Virus record (IMG/VR): IMGVR_UViG_3300032287_002972
Span: 1 to 64,000 of that record
Length of the DNA: 64,000 nucleotides
Strand: one strand, 5' to 3'
Origin: a virus
Every line of letters begins with the position of its first letter. The stretch's first letter is position 1. The notes beneath the pieces are model-generated. The model had not been told where the DNA came from. It did not search any database and saw only the letters and a list, made by a program, of their open reading frames with translations. Made by a program: the position numbers and the translations under genes. Below, piece by piece: positions 30,444-41,085 of the stretch.

Positions 30444-31999
30444 AAATAATAGATATTGGAATTTGTATTGATAATGTTGATCCTAAAGGTATTGGGAGAA
30501 TTCGTTGTATTGATTATGATGATTATATTTCTGGTAAAGAAAATTATAGAAAATATACACCATGGAGTGAAGAGGACCCGTTTATTGCGTTACCATTTTT
30601 ACCAAATAATATAAACTTTGTACCTGAAAATTTCCAATCTGTAAAAGTATTAAGATTTAACACAGAAAAAACAACCGTAAACCAAGAATATATTGCAGGA
30701 CCATTTACCACTAGATTTGATTTTAATGGTCAAACATATTCAGAACAAATTACTCCAACAACTTTTGGATCTGGAATAAAAGATAAAATAAACATATTTT
30801 CAGATGGTAAATTACCTAAAGACTGTGAAAATATGTTAACCAAAGATGTTGATTACTCAATATCAGGAAAATTTGGTTCTGATATTGTTTTAACAGAAAG
30901 TGGGTTAGTTTTAAGGGGTGGTAAATTATTATCTAAACAATCGGCAACAATAGAAGAAAGAAAAAGACTTTCTGATTATCCAGTATCTTCTAAAAAAGTT
31001 GCTAAGTTACAGTTAAAAAAATTTTCAGATAAAAAAGTATTAATTGAAGAAGAAAAAGTAATAACAACATATCAGAATGTTAATTTACAATATGTTATTG
31101 AATATGATGTTGACAGTATAACAAATCCAACAACTATCAAATTTTTTATTTATAAGATTAATACTAAAGTTTATGGTGATTTATTTAAATCAAATTATTT
31201 CACAGAATTCACTGAATTACCATTAAGTTCATTTACTTTATTGAATAATGACAATTCAACAACAACTCCCACGTTTAGTATTAATATGTTAGATAAAATT
31301 GATTTTAGCACTAGTAGTTTAAATAAAAAAATAATAGAAATTTGTTCAGAAATAAGAACAACAATTATTAATATAAAAGATAATGGTTTTATTGGTCTTT
31401 TTAGTTCAGATATAAATAAAAATTTTAACAATGTTAATGATTTTAATAATATATATCCTTTTTTCTTTAGACCAACCTCTAAATTAAGAACTTTATCAAC
31501 CTCTAATTCAACAGAATTAACCACAAAAAATAATTTATTATTAGGTGTTAAACTTTCTAAAAATATACAACAAAGTGGATTAGTTTGGTCTAGTATTTCT
31601 TTTTCACCACCACCTATCGTAAAAGTAGAAAAAACAAATAATCTAAAAAAAGATTTAACATCTAGAGAACAAACTTTTGGTAGTATAACATCAGATAAAA
31701 TTTATTTTTTATCAACAGATACTAATTTCACTAATAAAACAATAGAATTTGAAAAATTAAATAATTATGAATATGAACAAGATGATTATTTAAATAAGAT
31801 TGACCCTAATACATATGGTGTAGTAAGAGGGGAAATCTTACTTGAATTCTTAAAATCAATGTATGGTGTCTTATTAAATCATATCCATAATATAAATGAA
31901 CCATATGCTAGGATTTCATTTAGTGACCATGAAACCATGTCACAACTATATAATAAACTGGAAAATGAGTTATTAAATAAGTCAATTAGAATCAATTAA
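30440..31999 (+). CDS. Baseplate hub/central spike protein (gp5/gpV-like)
   Basis: N-terminal OB-fold motif IDNVDPKGIGRIRC; C-terminal VRGE..L...HIH (HxH spike-tip motif). Confidence 0.7.
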   Translation: MKIIDIGICIDNVDPKGIGRIRCIDYDDYISGKENYRKYTPWSEEDPFIALPFLPNNINFVPENFQSVKVLRFNTEKTTVNQEYIAGPFTTRFDFNGQTYSEQITPTTFGSGIKDKINIFSDGKLPKDCENMLTKDVDYSISGKFGSDIVLTESGLVLRGGKLLSKQSATIEERKRLSDYPVSSKKVAKLQLKKFSDKKVLIEEEKVITTYQNVNLQYVIEYDVDSITNPTTIKFFIYKINTKVYGDLFKSNYFTEFTELPLSSFTLLNNDNSTTTPTFSINMLDKIDFSTSSLNKKIIEICSEIRTTIINIKDNGFIGLFSSDINKNFNNVNDFNNIYPFFFRPTSKLRTLSTSNSTELTTKNNLLLGVKLSKNIQQSGLVWSSISFSPPPIVKVEKTNNLKKDLTSREQTFGSITSDKIYFLSTDTNFTNKTIEFEKLNNYEYEQDDYLNKIDPNTYGVVRGEILLEFLKSMYGVLLNHIHNINEPYARISFSDHETMSQLYNKLENELLNKSIRIN

Positions 32000-32023
32000 C
32001 GATATATTTATATAATAAAAAAT

Positions 32024-33400
32024 ATGTCTTATTTTCGTTCGTATTTTAATAAAAATAACACAATACTAAAATTTTCAGCAATAAATACTGCTAAAAATCC
32101 AACTACTGAAATATTTTATGGTTCTAGTTTTTCTAAATTTTTATTTAAAGTAGATTTTACTGATATAATCTCAAAAGTTAATAATGGTGATTTAGTTATT
32201 GATTCAAATACTAAACATTATTTAAGAATGACAAATACAATATTTGGCGATTCTAAATTAATTGGAGAAAAAAGAAACACGGGAAGACAAAGAACAACAT
32301 CATTTGATTTAATTGTTTTTAAAATTTCAGAAAATTGGGATGAGGGTGTTGGATTTGATTATGAAGATGGTGGATATGACTATACTTATGGGAATAATAC
32401 CTTTGACATAAGACCATCAAATTGGTATAACAGAACAACATTGAATCAATGGGCAATTCCTGGTGTTTATTCAACTTCACCAGATATAATTGCAACAATT
32501 CATTTTGATAATGGTAATGAAGATATAAATCAAGACATTACAGAATATGTTAACGGTATTATTGTTTCAGGTAACACTAATCATGGTTTAGGTTTAGCAT
32601 TTGCTCTTTTATATGAAGACATAAATGATGAATATGACCAATCTGTATCGTTTTTTACAAAGTATACACAAACATTTTATGAACCTTTTGTTGAATCTGT
32701 TTTTGAAGATTTAATAGAAGACCATAGACAAAATTTTATTGGTGATAGAGAAAATAATCTATATTTATATGTCACAAAGGGTAGTAATTTTTATGACTTA
32801 GATGAATTACCTGTTGTTGATATTTTAAACAGTTCAGGATTATCTATTACAGGATTAACTGGACTTACAACAACAAAAATTAAAAAAGGTATCTATAAAG
32901 TTACTTTTGGGATAACAGGTGAATTATGTGATGGTAAAAGATTCTTTTATGATAAATGGAAAAATTTAATAATTGATGATGTTACAATATCTGACGTTAC
33001 ACAAAAATTTGTACCTAAACCTTTCTCAAGTTATTATTCATTTGGGTCTAATCCAACAGATTCACAAAATTTTATTATACAATTTTCAGGAATAAAACAA
33101 AATGATAAAATCATAAGAGGTGAATTAAAAAAGATTGTTATTGATTTTAAATCAATTGAAATCTCTAAATCACAAATATTCGAAAATGTTTTTTATAGAA
33201 TATTTATAAAAGAAGGTAAAACCAATGTGATTGTTTATGATTGGACTAAATTAGATATGACAACTAATGAAAATTCATTCTATTTAGATACGTCATTTAT
33301 GATACCTAGAGAGTATTTTATAGAATTTAAAGCATTAACATATACTGAGGAAATTTTTTATCCTAACTATATTAAATTTGAAATAATATCAGAAAAATAA
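32024..33400 (+). CDS. Putative virion structural protein
   Basis: WDEGVG.DY, HFDNGNEDI..DIT..VN, FFTKYTQTFYEPF; TATTTATA at 32005-32012. Confidence 0.65.
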   Translation: MSYFRSYFNKNNTILKFSAINTAKNPTTEIFYGSSFSKFLFKVDFTDIISKVNNGDLVIDSNTKHYLRMTNTIFGDSKLIGEKRNTGRQRTTSFDLIVFKISENWDEGVGFDYEDGGYDYTYGNNTFDIRPSNWYNRTTLNQWAIPGVYSTSPDIIATIHFDNGNEDINQDITEYVNGIIVSGNTNHGLGLAFALLYEDINDEYDQSVSFFTKYTQTFYEPFVESVFEDLIEDHRQNFIGDRENNLYLYVTKGSNFYDLDELPVVDILNSSGLSITGLTGLTTTKIKKGIYKVTFGITGELCDGKRFFYDKWKNLIIDDVTISDVTQKFVPKPFSSYYSFGSNPTDSQNFIIQFSGIKQNDKIIRGELKKIVIDFKSIEISKSQIFENVFYRIFIKEGKTNVIVYDWTKLDMTTNENSFYLDTSFMIPREYFIEFKALTYTEEIFYPNYIKFEIISEK

Positions 33401-33410
33401 ATTTAAAATT

Positions 33411-33893
33411 ATGAAAAATATTAAAACAATTATTAAAAAACAATTAAAAAATATATCCGAATCTGCGTATAGTGAAGAGAATTATATGTTTTTTGAAAAC
33501 ATTTCTCAGATACATAGACAATGTGAGATTTTATTAAAAATGGATGAGAATGAAGTTGATTCAATCTTACAAAATGGTCACGATTGGGCAGATGATCATA
33601 TTTCAGAAGCTAAAACAAATATTGACCAAGTTTTCGATTTTTTAATGAATGAAACTGAAAGTACAGATAAAAAACCTAAAATGGATTCAAGATTAGAACC
33701 AAACATGGATACATTTAGTTTAAATGAAAATGAAGTGATTGATGAGTCTAAAAATAAACCAACTAACCCTAAACTATGGGCAGCGTCTTTAGCTTGGGCT
33801 AAAACTAAATATGATGTTTGTCCAAGTGCATATTGTAATGGTGCCGCTGCTAAAAGATATAAATCAAAAGGTGGTGGATGGAGAAAAAAGTAA
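33411..33893 (+). CDS. Two-domain hypothetical protein with basic C-terminal module (PSAY.NG...YKSKGGGW)
   Basis: Domains separated by LNE/IDES motifs. Confidence 0.75.
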   Translation: MKNIKTIIKKQLKNISESAYSEENYMFFENISQIHRQCEILLKMDENEVDSILQNGHDWADDHISEAKTNIDQVFDFLMNETESTDKKPKMDSRLEPNMDTFSLNENEVIDESKNKPTNPKLWAASLAWAKTKYDVCPSAYCNGAAAKRYKSKGGGWRKK

Positions 33894-33909
33894 ATAAAAA
33901 AATAAAAAT

Positions 33910-34875
33910 ATGAAAATATTAGTAACCGAAGAAGATTTAAAATACATAGAGGAATCTATTATGAATGGTCTAATTATTAAAGAAGACCTAAGAAGGTGGT
34001 TCAAGGAAAAATGGGTGGACGTATCTAAAAAGGTAGGTGGTAAACATCCTCCTTGTGGTAGAAAAGAGGCAAAAGATAAAGGGTATCCAAAATGTAGACC
34101 ATCTAAGAAAGTATCAAAAGACACACCAAAAACTGCTGGTTCATATTCAAAGAAAGAAAAAAAATCAATGACTTCTCAAAAAAGAAGTGCCGAAAAAAAA
34201 GACCCAAAAGTAGGTAAAGGTAATTTACCTACAATGACTAGATTTGATGAGAATAGAGTAATAAATTTGAAATTACCTGAAATAAGTGAAAAAAATCTAC
34301 CACCTACATTAAATGTATTAAATGAATCAGAAATAAATCTGAGTGAAGGACTACAATATCATTTAAAAAATGAAAAACAAATCATTGAAAATGTGTACAG
34401 AGTTTATTCAGAAAAATTTTTTAAATTATTTAATGAATCAAGAGAATTGGTAAATAAAAACATATTAAATGTTTTTGGTGATGATAAAGTACTTTTAAAA
34501 ACTGATATAGGTAAAACAGGTATATATGAAGGTATTGAGGTTTATTTAGATATACCATTTGTTTTAGATGAAGAAGAATATTTAGTTGAAGCAAAACATA
34601 GAGGTAAAGAAGTTAAATTAAACAAACCATTTAGAACACCAGGTGGTCCGAAAAAATTTGCGGTTTATGTTAAAAGTCCAAGTGGTAACATTAAAAAAGT
34701 TACTTTTGGTGATCCTAATTTGAAAGTTAGAAATAATAATAAAGTAGCTGCTAAATCATTTAGGGCAAGACACAAATGTGACCAAAAGAAAGATAGGACA
34801 ACCTCTGGATGGTGGAGTTGCAATGTGTCTAGATATAGGAAGGTGCTCGGTATCAAAAGTTCAAATCCTTGGTAG
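33910..34875 (+). CDS. Multi-module basic protein (LRRWFKEKWVD...YPKCRP; KLNKPFRTPGGPKKF...SFRARHKC...WWSC)
   Basis: Small phage-type basic modules joined at IKE/LNE/LSE/LVE motifs. Confidence 0.75.
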   Translation: MKILVTEEDLKYIEESIMNGLIIKEDLRRWFKEKWVDVSKKVGGKHPPCGRKEAKDKGYPKCRPSKKVSKDTPKTAGSYSKKEKKSMTSQKRSAEKKDPKVGKGNLPTMTRFDENRVINLKLPEISEKNLPPTLNVLNESEINLSEGLQYHLKNEKQIIENVYRVYSEKFFKLFNESRELVNKNILNVFGDDKVLLKTDIGKTGIYEGIEVYLDIPFVLDEEEYLVEAKHRGKEVKLNKPFRTPGGPKKFAVYVKSPSGNIKKVTFGDPNLKVRNNNKVAAKSFRARHKCDQKKDRTTSGWWSCNVSRYRKVLGIKSSNPW

Positions 34876-34888
34876 TAAATAAAAAAAT

Positions 34889-35155
34889 ATGGAATTACCT
34901 TTTTCTGAAAAAATAAATAATGGGTTTTATATTAGAACATTTTTATCAGATTTAAATGAAAATGAATTGAAATGGCATTTTGATGAAGAAGATAGAATTG
35001 TTATATGTGAAAACGATACTGATTGGTTATTTCAATTTGATAATGAATTACCAATTACCATAAATAAAAATAAACCAATCTTTATCCAAAAAAATATTTA
35101 TCATAGGATAATAAAAGGGACTAATAATTTAAAACTTAAAATTAAAAAACTATGA
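34889..35155 (+). CDS. Small cupin-like protein
   Basis: WHFDEEDR...W.FQ.DNELP...IFI....YHRIIKG. Confidence 0.6.
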   Translation: MELPFSEKINNGFYIRTFLSDLNENELKWHFDEEDRIVICENDTDWLFQFDNELPITINKNKPIFIQKNIYHRIIKGTNNLKLKIKKL

Positions 35156-36204
35156 AACTAATCACTTTATTAGAAAGTAAACAAACTGAAGAACTTGGAA
35201 AAAATATCCTTAAAGGTAAAGGAATATCTGAAAATAATATTGAAAATATTGTAAATGATTTTAAAAATGGAGATACGTCTCAAAATCAAAAAAATATTCC
35301 AATAATGTGTTTTTTTTATAATCCAGATACATCCACTAATCAAATTATTAGTGAGATAAATGATTTTAATCTATTAATGGATAATAGAAAAATCACTACT
35401 GAAAATTTTGGTAAAAAAGGGTTAACAATTAAGTACAAAGGCACTAATGGAGAAGATATTGAAAAAACATATACACCAAATGATTGGTTATCTTTTACCG
35501 AACTTATTCATGGTCAATTACAAATTTTTAATAGATCTAGAGAGAAATCTTCAGAATATGAAACTACTAAATATGATGAAGAAAAATCTGCTAACTTACC
35601 AATATACATGAAAGGAGATAATATTAATGTATATGAAGCTAAAGGTAAAAAAGATTGTATTAATTATACACACAGTTTAACAAATAAAACTTATACTTTT
35701 TGTATTGGTAGAACTGAACCATCACAAAATATGTATAATAGTTATAGAAATACTAGATCAGCTAAATTTTATTATATTGTAGATTTAAATAAAATGGATA
35801 AACCAAATGATCCATTACATATGGTTGTCTTACAAACAAATTTATTACCACAAAAAAGTATTACTTTAACGGATGCAAATAATACTTCTGGTAACATTGC
35901 GGAATATGGATCAGATGTTGATGGATATTTAGAATATTTAAAGTCAAAAGGTATTGATACGGATAAATTTGAATATTCTGAATTAACTGAAACTGAAAAG
36001 TATACAAATAGATTGGTTGGTCACTCAATTAATGAGTTAGAAACTCTTTTAAATTTAGATAACCCATCAAATCCAAACTACAAAAAACCTGATATTGAAA
36101 TTGAATCTGATTTAGAAAATTATTATTTAGGTCAATATATTGACCGTGGTCACACTTTAACCGATAAACAATTTGATTACTTCTTGAGTGTAAGTAAAAA
36201 TTAA
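35152..36204 (+). CDS. Hypothetical protein with N-terminal MKLITLLES tag
   Basis: 350-aa ORF; C-terminal YIDRGHTLTDKQF resembles the N-terminal YVNTG..I.E.Q of the next two genes. Confidence 0.75.
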   Translation: MKLITLLESKQTEELGKNILKGKGISENNIENIVNDFKNGDTSQNQKNIPIMCFFYNPDTSTNQIISEINDFNLLMDNRKITTENFGKKGLTIKYKGTNGEDIEKTYTPNDWLSFTELIHGQLQIFNRSREKSSEYETTKYDEEKSANLPIYMKGDNINVYEAKGKKDCINYTHSLTNKTYTFCIGRTEPSQNMYNSYRNTRSAKFYYIVDLNKMDKPNDPLHMVVLQTNLLPQKSITLTDANNTSGNIAEYGSDVDGYLEYLKSKGIDTDKFEYSELTETEKYTNRLVGHSINELETLLNLDNPSNPNYKKPDIEIESDLENYYLGQYIDRGHTLTDKQFDYFLSVSKN

Positions 36205-36218
36205 TTTAAGATAATGTT

Positions 36219-36917
36219 ATGAAACATTCTGAAGTATTAAGTAGATATGTAAATACTGGGTCAAAAATTCCAGAAGAACAATTTAATCAACTAACACCAT
36301 CATTGAAGAAGTCTTATATGAGGATGAGAAGTGTTGCAGGATACTCTGATTGGGAATTCGAATATTTAACTGATGATGAAAGAATAAAATTTATTGCAAA
36401 AAAAGGTAAAGAATTAGATGGTGATGAAATATATTTATTACTTGAATCTTCAAAAGATAAAGACCTTATTATAACAAAAATTATCAAGGTAAAAGATAGT
36501 ACAACATTACATTTCTTTGACATGAGTGTTATTGATAATGGTTTAGGTGCAGTAGAGTTTCTACTTCAATATTCAAATAATAAAGACCTTATTGCCACGA
36601 AAATTATTGAAAAAATAGGTTATGAATTAGATAATTATGAAATATATTTTTTACTTAAATATTCAGTTAATAAAGATGATATTGCGATAAAAATTATTAA
36701 TGAAAAAGATGGTGAGATAATTTTTAATGAATGTAAATATTTACTTTTTTATTCAAAAGATAAAGAATTAATAAAGAAATTATTATTACAAAATGGTGTT
36801 GATTATAAACATATAAATTATGAGATAACAAGGTATAATATAGATACCCCATTAATACCTGATGATTACCAATCAATGTTAAATGAGATAAGAAGGATTA
36901 AAGAAATGATGATATGA
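36219..36917 (+). CDS. Helical-repeat protein, paralog 1
   Basis: ~29-aa repeats (IIxxKGxELD..EI..LL.YS.NKD.I..K); C-terminal LNEIRRIKEMM. Confidence 0.8.
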   Translation: MKHSEVLSRYVNTGSKIPEEQFNQLTPSLKKSYMRMRSVAGYSDWEFEYLTDDERIKFIAKKGKELDGDEIYLLLESSKDKDLIITKIIKVKDSTTLHFFDMSVIDNGLGAVEFLLQYSNNKDLIATKIIEKIGYELDNYEIYFLLKYSVNKDDIAIKIINEKDGEIIFNECKYLLFYSKDKELIKKLLLQNGVDYKHINYEITRYNIDTPLIPDDYQSMLNEIRRIKEMMI

Positions 36918-37684
36918 AACATTCTGAAGTATTAAGTAGATACGTAAATACTGGACAACGAATACCAGAAGAACAATATGACCGTTTAACACCTGTGTTA
37001 AAGAAGTCTTATCTTAGAATGAGAGGTGTTGCGGGTGATTATTTTGAATGGGAATTTAAAGTAATAAGTGATAATGAAAGAATTAAATATATTGAAAAAT
37101 ACGGTGAAAAATTAGATATTAACGACTTACGGTATTTAATTAGTCTCTCAAGTAATAAAGACAATATTATAACAAAAATTATTGATGTAAGAGTTGAAAA
37201 ATTGGATTCTAACGATATATGGGGTTTACTTTATTCTTCAGATAATAAACATGATATTGTGACAAAAATTATTGATGTAAAAGGTAAAAAATTGGATTCA
37301 AGGGAGATAATACCATTAGTTGCTGTTTTAAAAGAAAATAAATATGATACCACACCAAGTATTTTAAAAATTATTGATGTAAAAGGTGATAATTTGGATG
37401 AACATGATACAAACATTTTACTTAAATATTCAGTTAATAAAGATGATATTGCAATAAAAATTATTAATATAAAGGGTGAAAAAATACATTATGATGAAAT
37501 TTATATTTTACTTGAATATTCAAAAGATAAAGAATTAATAAAGAAATTATTATTACAAAATGGTATTGATTATATATTAATAAATGATGTTATAACTAAT
37601 GATGATATAGATACACCATTAATACCAGATGATTACCAATCAATGTTAAATGAGATAAAAAGGATTAAAGAGATAATGAAATAA
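36914..37684 (+). CDS. Helical-repeat protein, paralog 2
   Basis: Identical start MKHSEVLSRYVNTG and near-identical end to paralog 1. Confidence 0.8.
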   Translation: MKHSEVLSRYVNTGQRIPEEQYDRLTPVLKKSYLRMRGVAGDYFEWEFKVISDNERIKYIEKYGEKLDINDLRYLISLSSNKDNIITKIIDVRVEKLDSNDIWGLLYSSDNKHDIVTKIIDVKGKKLDSREIIPLVAVLKENKYDTTPSILKIIDVKGDNLDEHDTNILLKYSVNKDDIAIKIINIKGEKIHYDEIYILLEYSKDKELIKKLLLQNGIDYILINDVITNDDIDTPLIPDDYQSMLNEIKRIKEIMK

Positions 37685-37690
37685 ATATTT

Positions 37691-38131
37691 TTAATAAAAA
37701 TATACCATAACATTACATTCATTAAATAATTTTATACTTTTTTCTTGAGATTCTTCCCATTTCTCTTTATTCTTTGTTGTACACACTTTTTTACACCAAA
37801 CGATTTGTATCCCCACATTTACAATGGCTCGAGCACAGTCCATACATGGTACTCCAGACGTTAAATAAATCGTTGAGTTTTTTAATGAAACACCAATTCT
37901 AGCTGCATTATAAATAGAATTTCTTTCTGCGTGTTCGATCCAAAAATACTTTTCAGGTCTCTCCTGTCTTTCTTGTTTTGAATCATCTAAACCTCTTGGA
38001 AAAGAATTATAACCTGTAGAAAGAATCTCATTATCTTTACCAACAATTACCGCACCTATTTGTGTCGATTCGTCTTTTGATTTTAATTTTATTTGTTCAG
38101 CAATATTTAAAAAATATTCAGTCCAGTTCAT
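37691..38131 (-). CDS. dCMP deaminase
   Basis: SKD..TQIGAVIV, GYNSFPRG, HAERN, PCMDC. Confidence 0.95.
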   Translation of the reverse strand: MNWTEYFLNIAEQIKLKSKDESTQIGAVIVGKDNEILSTGYNSFPRGLDDSKQERQERPEKYFWIEHAERNSIYNAARIGVSLKNSTIYLTSGVPCMDCARAIVNVGIQIVWCKKVCTTKNKEKWEESQEKSIKLFNECNVMVYFY

Positions 38132-38325
38132 GATAATTTTTGTTTGGAGATATAATGTACTTTGTTGTTTTGGTATAATCCCATATTTTGGGCAATACCT
38201 TTTTCTACTAATTTACCTATTTCAGTAAAACTTTTGGTGTCATTTAATGAAATTCCAATAATGAATTTTTCATTATCAACTTTTTCATAAGTTACTGGTT
38301 TAATAATTTTACTTTGGTCTTCCAT
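38128..38325 (-). CDS. Hypothetical protein
   Basis: ORF coupled to the deaminase by an ATGA overlap. Confidence 0.55.
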   Translation of the reverse strand: MEDQSKIIKPVTYEKVDNEKFIIGISLNDTKSFTEIGKLVEKGIAQNMGLYQNNKVHYISKQKLS

Positions 38326-38348
38326 TTTTTTAAGACAAAAATAGTAAT

Positions 38349-38387
38349 AAAAAAACTTATTAAAAGGGTTTTTTAATAAGTTTTTTT
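38349..38387. terminator. Intrinsic terminator
   Basis: AAAAAAACTTATTAAAA-GGGTT-TTTTAATAAGTTTTTTT inverted repeat after 38413..39252. Confidence 0.7.
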
Positions 38388-38412
38388 AAAAAATTTTATA
38401 TTTTTTTTAAAA

Positions 38413-39252
38413 TCATAAAATTAATTTACCATTATAGGATTTTGCTTCTGAAAGTATTGATATGGTATTAGTAGAAAATGATATATATCTTTCATACATT
38501 TCTGATAAGAAACCTTGTATTCCACCCACTACATTACCAACACCTTTTGACACGGATTGACCCAATTGACTTGCTGTATTTTGAACTTTCTGAACGGCTG
38601 ATTTAAATGCCCCTTTTGCCCAATTAGATGCGTTTTCCCAAGTAACACCAATTTGATTTTGTATTGATGACCAAGATGTTTTTAAAAAATTACCTAACAT
38701 ACTTGAAAATTCTTTAATACCGGCAGCTGCAATTAAAACTTTTGCAAAAGTTTGTGAACCAAATTGTTTAAATAAGTTTACAGACCATTTAGCAACTGAA
38801 ACAGTTTGGTCACGTAAACTGGCAAATTGTTGTCCAACATATTGCGAACCTTTTTCGATTGCAATACCTGCAAGTTTAAGTGAATCAAGTGTTGCTTGTG
38901 TTGCTTGTGTGTATTGTTTAACTACAGATTTTCCTGTTGCAGATAAAAATTTCAGAATTGCATTTGCCGCTGCTTGTTGAATTTTAAATAAAGTTTTACC
39001 AATTAAAAATACTACAACTGCACCATAAATAATAACTTTAAAACTAAATTTACCGACAGTAATTGTAGTTTCTTTCATACCTTTTGATATTGCAATTGAC
39101 GCCTGATTAACGGCTTGACGTGCTTGTTGTCCTTGAACCATACCCATCTGTTTTCCCTGATTAAATGATGTGGATACTGATTGTTCTTCTATAATTTTTG
39201 AAATCAATTTCCTAAGATCTGATTCAGTTAAGTGGATTATTTTTCTTTTCAT
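38413..39252 (-). CDS. Amphipathic/membrane protein with N-terminal IHLTESDLRKLISKIIEEQ tag
   Basis: Hydrophobic segment FSFKVIIYGAVVVFLIG; own TATTTATA upstream. Confidence 0.75.
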   Translation of the reverse strand: MKRKIIHLTESDLRKLISKIIEEQSVSTSFNQGKQMGMVQGQQARQAVNQASIAISKGMKETTITVGKFSFKVIIYGAVVVFLIGKTLFKIQQAAANAILKFLSATGKSVVKQYTQATQATLDSLKLAGIAIEKGSQYVGQQFASLRDQTVSVAKWSVNLFKQFGSQTFAKVLIAAAGIKEFSSMLGNFLKTSWSSIQNQIGVTWENASNWAKGAFKSAVQKVQNTASQLGQSVSKGVGNVVGGIQGFLSEMYERYISFSTNTISILSEAKSYNGKLIL

Positions 39253-39288
39253 TTTATTAAATTTATATTATATAAATATATGTTAAAT

Positions 39289-39319
39289 AAAAAAACCCCC
39301 GAATGTTCGGGGGTTTTTT
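39289..39319 (-). terminator. Intrinsic terminator after major capsid gene
   Basis: AAAAAAACCCCCGAATGTTCGGGGGTTTTTT. Confidence 0.9.
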
Positions 39320-39336
39320 ATATATAGATAAAAAAA

Positions 39337-41058
39337 TTATCTTAATGTATCAATTCCAAATGTAGTCAAACCAAATACGTCAATTACACCATAGTAACGG
39401 TTATTAACCATTTTCTTTGCGTAACGAGTCATAATACCCTTAATTGGGGTAAAGTTAAATGGATTGTACATAGTTGGGGTCAACTGTAATGGTACGTAAG
39501 GTGCGTAAATATAACCTGCGTCCAATAATGATTTTCCTTTATGACCAATCATAATTTTACCAGCTGGTAAATATGGGTCACGGAATACTTGGTAACGACC
39601 TGCTAATGAACCAATTTTCTCAATACCCATGTTATATTGGTCTTGTTCAGGATGTGCGTTTGATACGTGGAAATATTCCAAATCATCAAATACCGCAGAT
39701 ACTTCTGAAGATACTACAATCCAGTTAGCACCACCACGAAGAGTTGTCTTATGGATTTGTGCAGAAATTTGGTTAATTTTAGTTACCAATGTTTGGTTCC
39801 AGTCTTTCTGAGTGTAACCTAAATATGGAGTGTTTCCTGTTGCACCATATCTCCATTCGTTATAATCCCACTTACTTCTCCATGCAGCACCCTTACGGAT
39901 ATCACGAAGAATTTCACGGTCAATTTCTGCTGCAATTTGTTCAGACAATAAAGCAGTTAATTCAGCCTCAGCGTCAATGTTATGGAATGCAGAAACGTCT
40001 TGTGCTAGTTCAGGGGACCAGCTTGCTCTTAACTTTCTTTCAGTAACTGATACAGTTACAGACTGAAGGTCAAAAGAAACTTCACCAATTACCTCTTCAA
40101 ATTCAAGAGATGCATATGTGTTATAAGTAATTTTAAAATCACTAATAAGTACAGGGTCAGTTACTGTAAGTGGAGAAAATCCAGCAGTTGTACTATAAGA
40201 TTCTAAATCTACACTTAAATAGATTTTACCTTCTTCATCACAAATATCTTGATATTTCTCTAAGTTAGTACCATTTTTAATTCCGTATTCAACAATACCT
40301 TTTCCGTATTTTTGAGTTACAACGTTAAAGTTTTTAACACCATTTGCGTTTGTACTAGTATTACCTGTAATTTCAACTGATAAAGATGCTAAAAATTCTT
40401 CAGTATCCATAACGTTACCATCAGCACCAATCATTTTACCTTGTCCGGCCTTAGTGAATCCACTAAGTACAAGAATTGTGCTTGAATGTGTTGTTCCGGT
40501 AGCTAACGATGATGTTGATTCTGATGGAACACCCGTATTGAATTGAACAAATGCATATGGGTTAGTTAAAGTGGTAGTTTTAGCTCCCCTTGAATAATCA
40601 AAAAGACCTTGGTCTGCGTCATCACTCTCTTCATAAAAACGGTCATAAAGACTTCTAGAAGAAGTGTAACCAGCAGCAGGGTCACCTTCGTTATTTGGAT
40701 AACCAAAAGGTGCTGATTTCGTGTCTTGAATTTTAGGTATAAAGAAAAATAATTTACCAATAGGTAAATTCATTGCTTGTACAGATACGATATCGTTAGC
40801 TAATAATTTAGAAAACACCCTACGAATAATAGGGAATACAACTGTTTCAAATGAACCACTTGCGTCAGAAACCGCAGCTTCGTTAATTAAATAACTTGCT
40901 TGGTTCTCATATAATTGTGCTACGTTATCTTTTTGATGTCCATCAAGTCCCTCTAGGAAACCTAGGTCATCCCATTTTTTAATGGTATCTTCTTTGATAA
41001 CACGTAGGTGTTTTAAACCAATGTTACCAACAATACCAGATTCTAATAATGCTCCCAT
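39337..41058 (-). CDS. gp23: Major capsid protein (T4 gp23-like)
   Basis: PIIRRVF..L.ANDIVSVQAM..P.G..F, RKLRASWSPELAQD..AFH.IDAEAELT..L..QI..EIDREI, YAPYVPL, KGIMTRY. Confidence 0.98.
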   Translation of the reverse strand: MGALLESGIVGNIGLKHLRVIKEDTIKKWDDLGFLEGLDGHQKDNVAQLYENQASYLINEAAVSDASGSFETVVFPIIRRVFSKLLANDIVSVQAMNLPIGKLFFFIPKIQDTKSAPFGYPNNEGDPAAGYTSSRSLYDRFYEESDDADQGLFDYSRGAKTTTLTNPYAFVQFNTGVPSESTSSLATGTTHSSTILVLSGFTKAGQGKMIGADGNVMDTEEFLASLSVEITGNTSTNANGVKNFNVVTQKYGKGIVEYGIKNGTNLEKYQDICDEEGKIYLSVDLESYSTTAGFSPLTVTDPVLISDFKITYNTYASLEFEEVIGEVSFDLQSVTVSVTERKLRASWSPELAQDVSAFHNIDAEAELTALLSEQIAAEIDREILRDIRKGAAWRSKWDYNEWRYGATGNTPYLGYTQKDWNQTLVTKINQISAQIHKTTLRGGANWIVVSSEVSAVFDDLEYFHVSNAHPEQDQYNMGIEKIGSLAGRYQVFRDPYLPAGKIMIGHKGKSLLDAGYIYAPYVPLQLTPTMYNPFNFTPIKGIMTRYAKKMVNNRYYGVIDVFGLTTFGIDTLR

Positions 41059-41085
41059 TTTTTAATTTTTTTTAATTTTAATTTT

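Noticed and set aside
36190-36230. Programmed frameshift or pseudogene joining 35152..36204 to 36219..36917
   Set aside because: No clear slippery site, and the downstream gene has the same ATG start as its intact paralog.
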